Source: a virus
DNA: 64,000 nt
Strand: one strand, 5' to 3'
Virus record (IMG/VR): IMGVR_UViG_3300039308_000034
Coordinates: 15,206-79,205 of that record
The translations under genes were made by a program, and so were the position numbers. Positions 63,054 through 64,000 of this stretch are shown piece after piece; the first letter of the stretch is position 1; each line of letters starts with the position of its first letter. Below the pieces are notes generated by a model. It had not been told where the DNA came from and searched no databases. It worked only from the letters and a program-made list of their open reading frames with translations.

Positions 63054-64000
63054 ATTGGGGAATTCCAATTGATGGCAACCCAACAGCAATTGTTTTAACG
63101 ACTGCTACATCCTCTACCTGCTCGCCATCCCATAAATCCTTAATTGTTAGCCGGAAGCGGACGCTGAACAGCGTGCCAGTTTTTTGTAGTTGGTCTCCGA
63201 TCTGCAGGCCCGATCGCCCCACCAAAAATACAGAGAGTCCATAGGCGGGAGCATCCATTTTGCCTTTTCCAATCTGGTTTACCAATGCCTTGTGGATTGC
63301 CTTGACATCCCCTAGTGTCGCACCAATGATTTCAACCTCAACAGGCTGATCATAAACCTGGGTCAACTCCAACAATCGCGCCTGATCTCCAGCAATTCGG
63401 ACGAAATCCTGAGCGATTGGTTTACGATAATTTTCACCTTCAAGCAGTCGTAGCAAAACACAGGGAATTTCTTCAACTTGATAAACCCCAACTTCGTGAT
63501 CTACTTTGGGTTTGTAACTCAAATGCATTTCTACTGCCCGATCGCCCGGAACCAATTCGCTTAATAAAATCCGATCTGATCCGAGCGTACCACTTACCAT
63601 CTTGAGTTCAGGCACAAGCACTCGAATATCGCTAATGCGATCCTGCTTAAGGTCTTTAGGCAACGGGAGCGCATTACCCTCCGGGTTCGGCATTGCAGCA
63701 CGAGTTAGCGTGACAGGCACAGTTAGAAACTGCCTTAAAGCAAACTCCATCAGGTAGTCGAGAAATTCACGACCGACCTCATAGCCTGCAACCACCTGGC
63801 GTATCTGGGGCGATCGACCATCTTCAAACCGATCAAGCCGAAGCAGAAACTGGATTGGTCCTGCCCACAGAGGTAATACCTGTCGCAACTGGGCCCCCGT
63901 GTAAAACAAGGGAGCTGCTGTGTCCTGCCATCGTCCATCAAGAAATACTTGAGCCACACCCGATGCCCTGAGAGGAGCGATCGTCACCCCCAATTCGCGG
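63052..64000 (-). CDS. Probable neck / tail-completion-like protein (5' end probably outside window)
   Basis: Frame is open to the window end; IPCVLLRLLEGEN...YDQPVEVEI...FSVRFRLTI pattern. Confidence 0.55.
   Translation of the reverse strand, partial: RELGVTIAPLRASGVAQVFLDGRWQDTAAPLFYTGAQLRQVLPLWAGPIQFLLRLDRFEDGRSPQIRQVVAGYEVGREFLDYLMEFALRQFLTVPVTLTRAAMPNPEGNALPLPKDLKQDRISDIRVLVPELKMVSGTLGSDRILLSELVPGDRAVEMHLSYKPKVDHEVGVYQVEEIPCVLLRLLEGENYRKPIAQDFVRIAGDQARLLELTQVYDQPVEVEIIGATLGDVKAIHKALVNQIGKGKMDAPAYGLSVFLVGRSGLQIGDQLQKTGTLFSVRFRLTIKDLWDGEQVEDVAVVKTIAVGLPSIGIPQ

Larger units (their letters stand above)
1..64000. mobile_element. Segment of a large temperate cyanobacterial phage / phage-plasmid (contractile-tail type)
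   Basis: Tape measure, capsid, protease, TerS, neck and baseplate genes co-occur with ParA/ParB, initiator + DnaB and a repressor/cro-like pair; no host housekeeping cluster; many CGATCG/GCGATCGC sites. Confidence 0.9.

Noticed and set aside
1-64000. Frequent CGATCG/GCGATCGC matches, including a 12-nt match between about 8018 and 60139
   Set aside because: Explained by the cyanobacterial HIP1 bias; not evidence of a guide target or a new repeat family.

Overview
The whole window looks like part of one large temperate cyanobacterial phage-plasmid. Abundant HIP1-type CGATCG/GCGATCGC sites suggest a cyanobacterial host. It encodes ParA/ParB with candidate parS palindromes, a lambda-O-like initiator with internal iterons, DnaB, a repressor/cro-like switch, a nucleotide/replication operon (class II RNR, thymidylate synthase-like, NrdR-like, beta clamp, group 3 sigma), and contractile-tail virion genes (3990-aa tape measure, TerS, protease/scaffold, major capsid, neck, baseplate, fibres, wall hydrolases) scattered over both strands. 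No terminase large subunit, portal, sheath, integrase, recombinase, protelomerase, RT or CRISPR array was recognised here. Most unusual: (1) a TnpB lacking all RuvC catalytic acids and the Zn finger, with no tnpA, followed by a structured 236-bp non-coding region and facing the sigma gene; (2) eight copies of an asymmetric 28-bp 11-6-11 site, mostly abutting stop codons, two of which form a 33-bp inverted repeat around an inverted head-closure gene; (3) an 8-nt match between the putative TnpB guide start and one arm of those sites; (4) a perfect 48-bp palindrome resembling a protelomerase target; (5) terminator-like hairpins just before most virion genes. Protein calls come from motif recognition by eye, not database searches.
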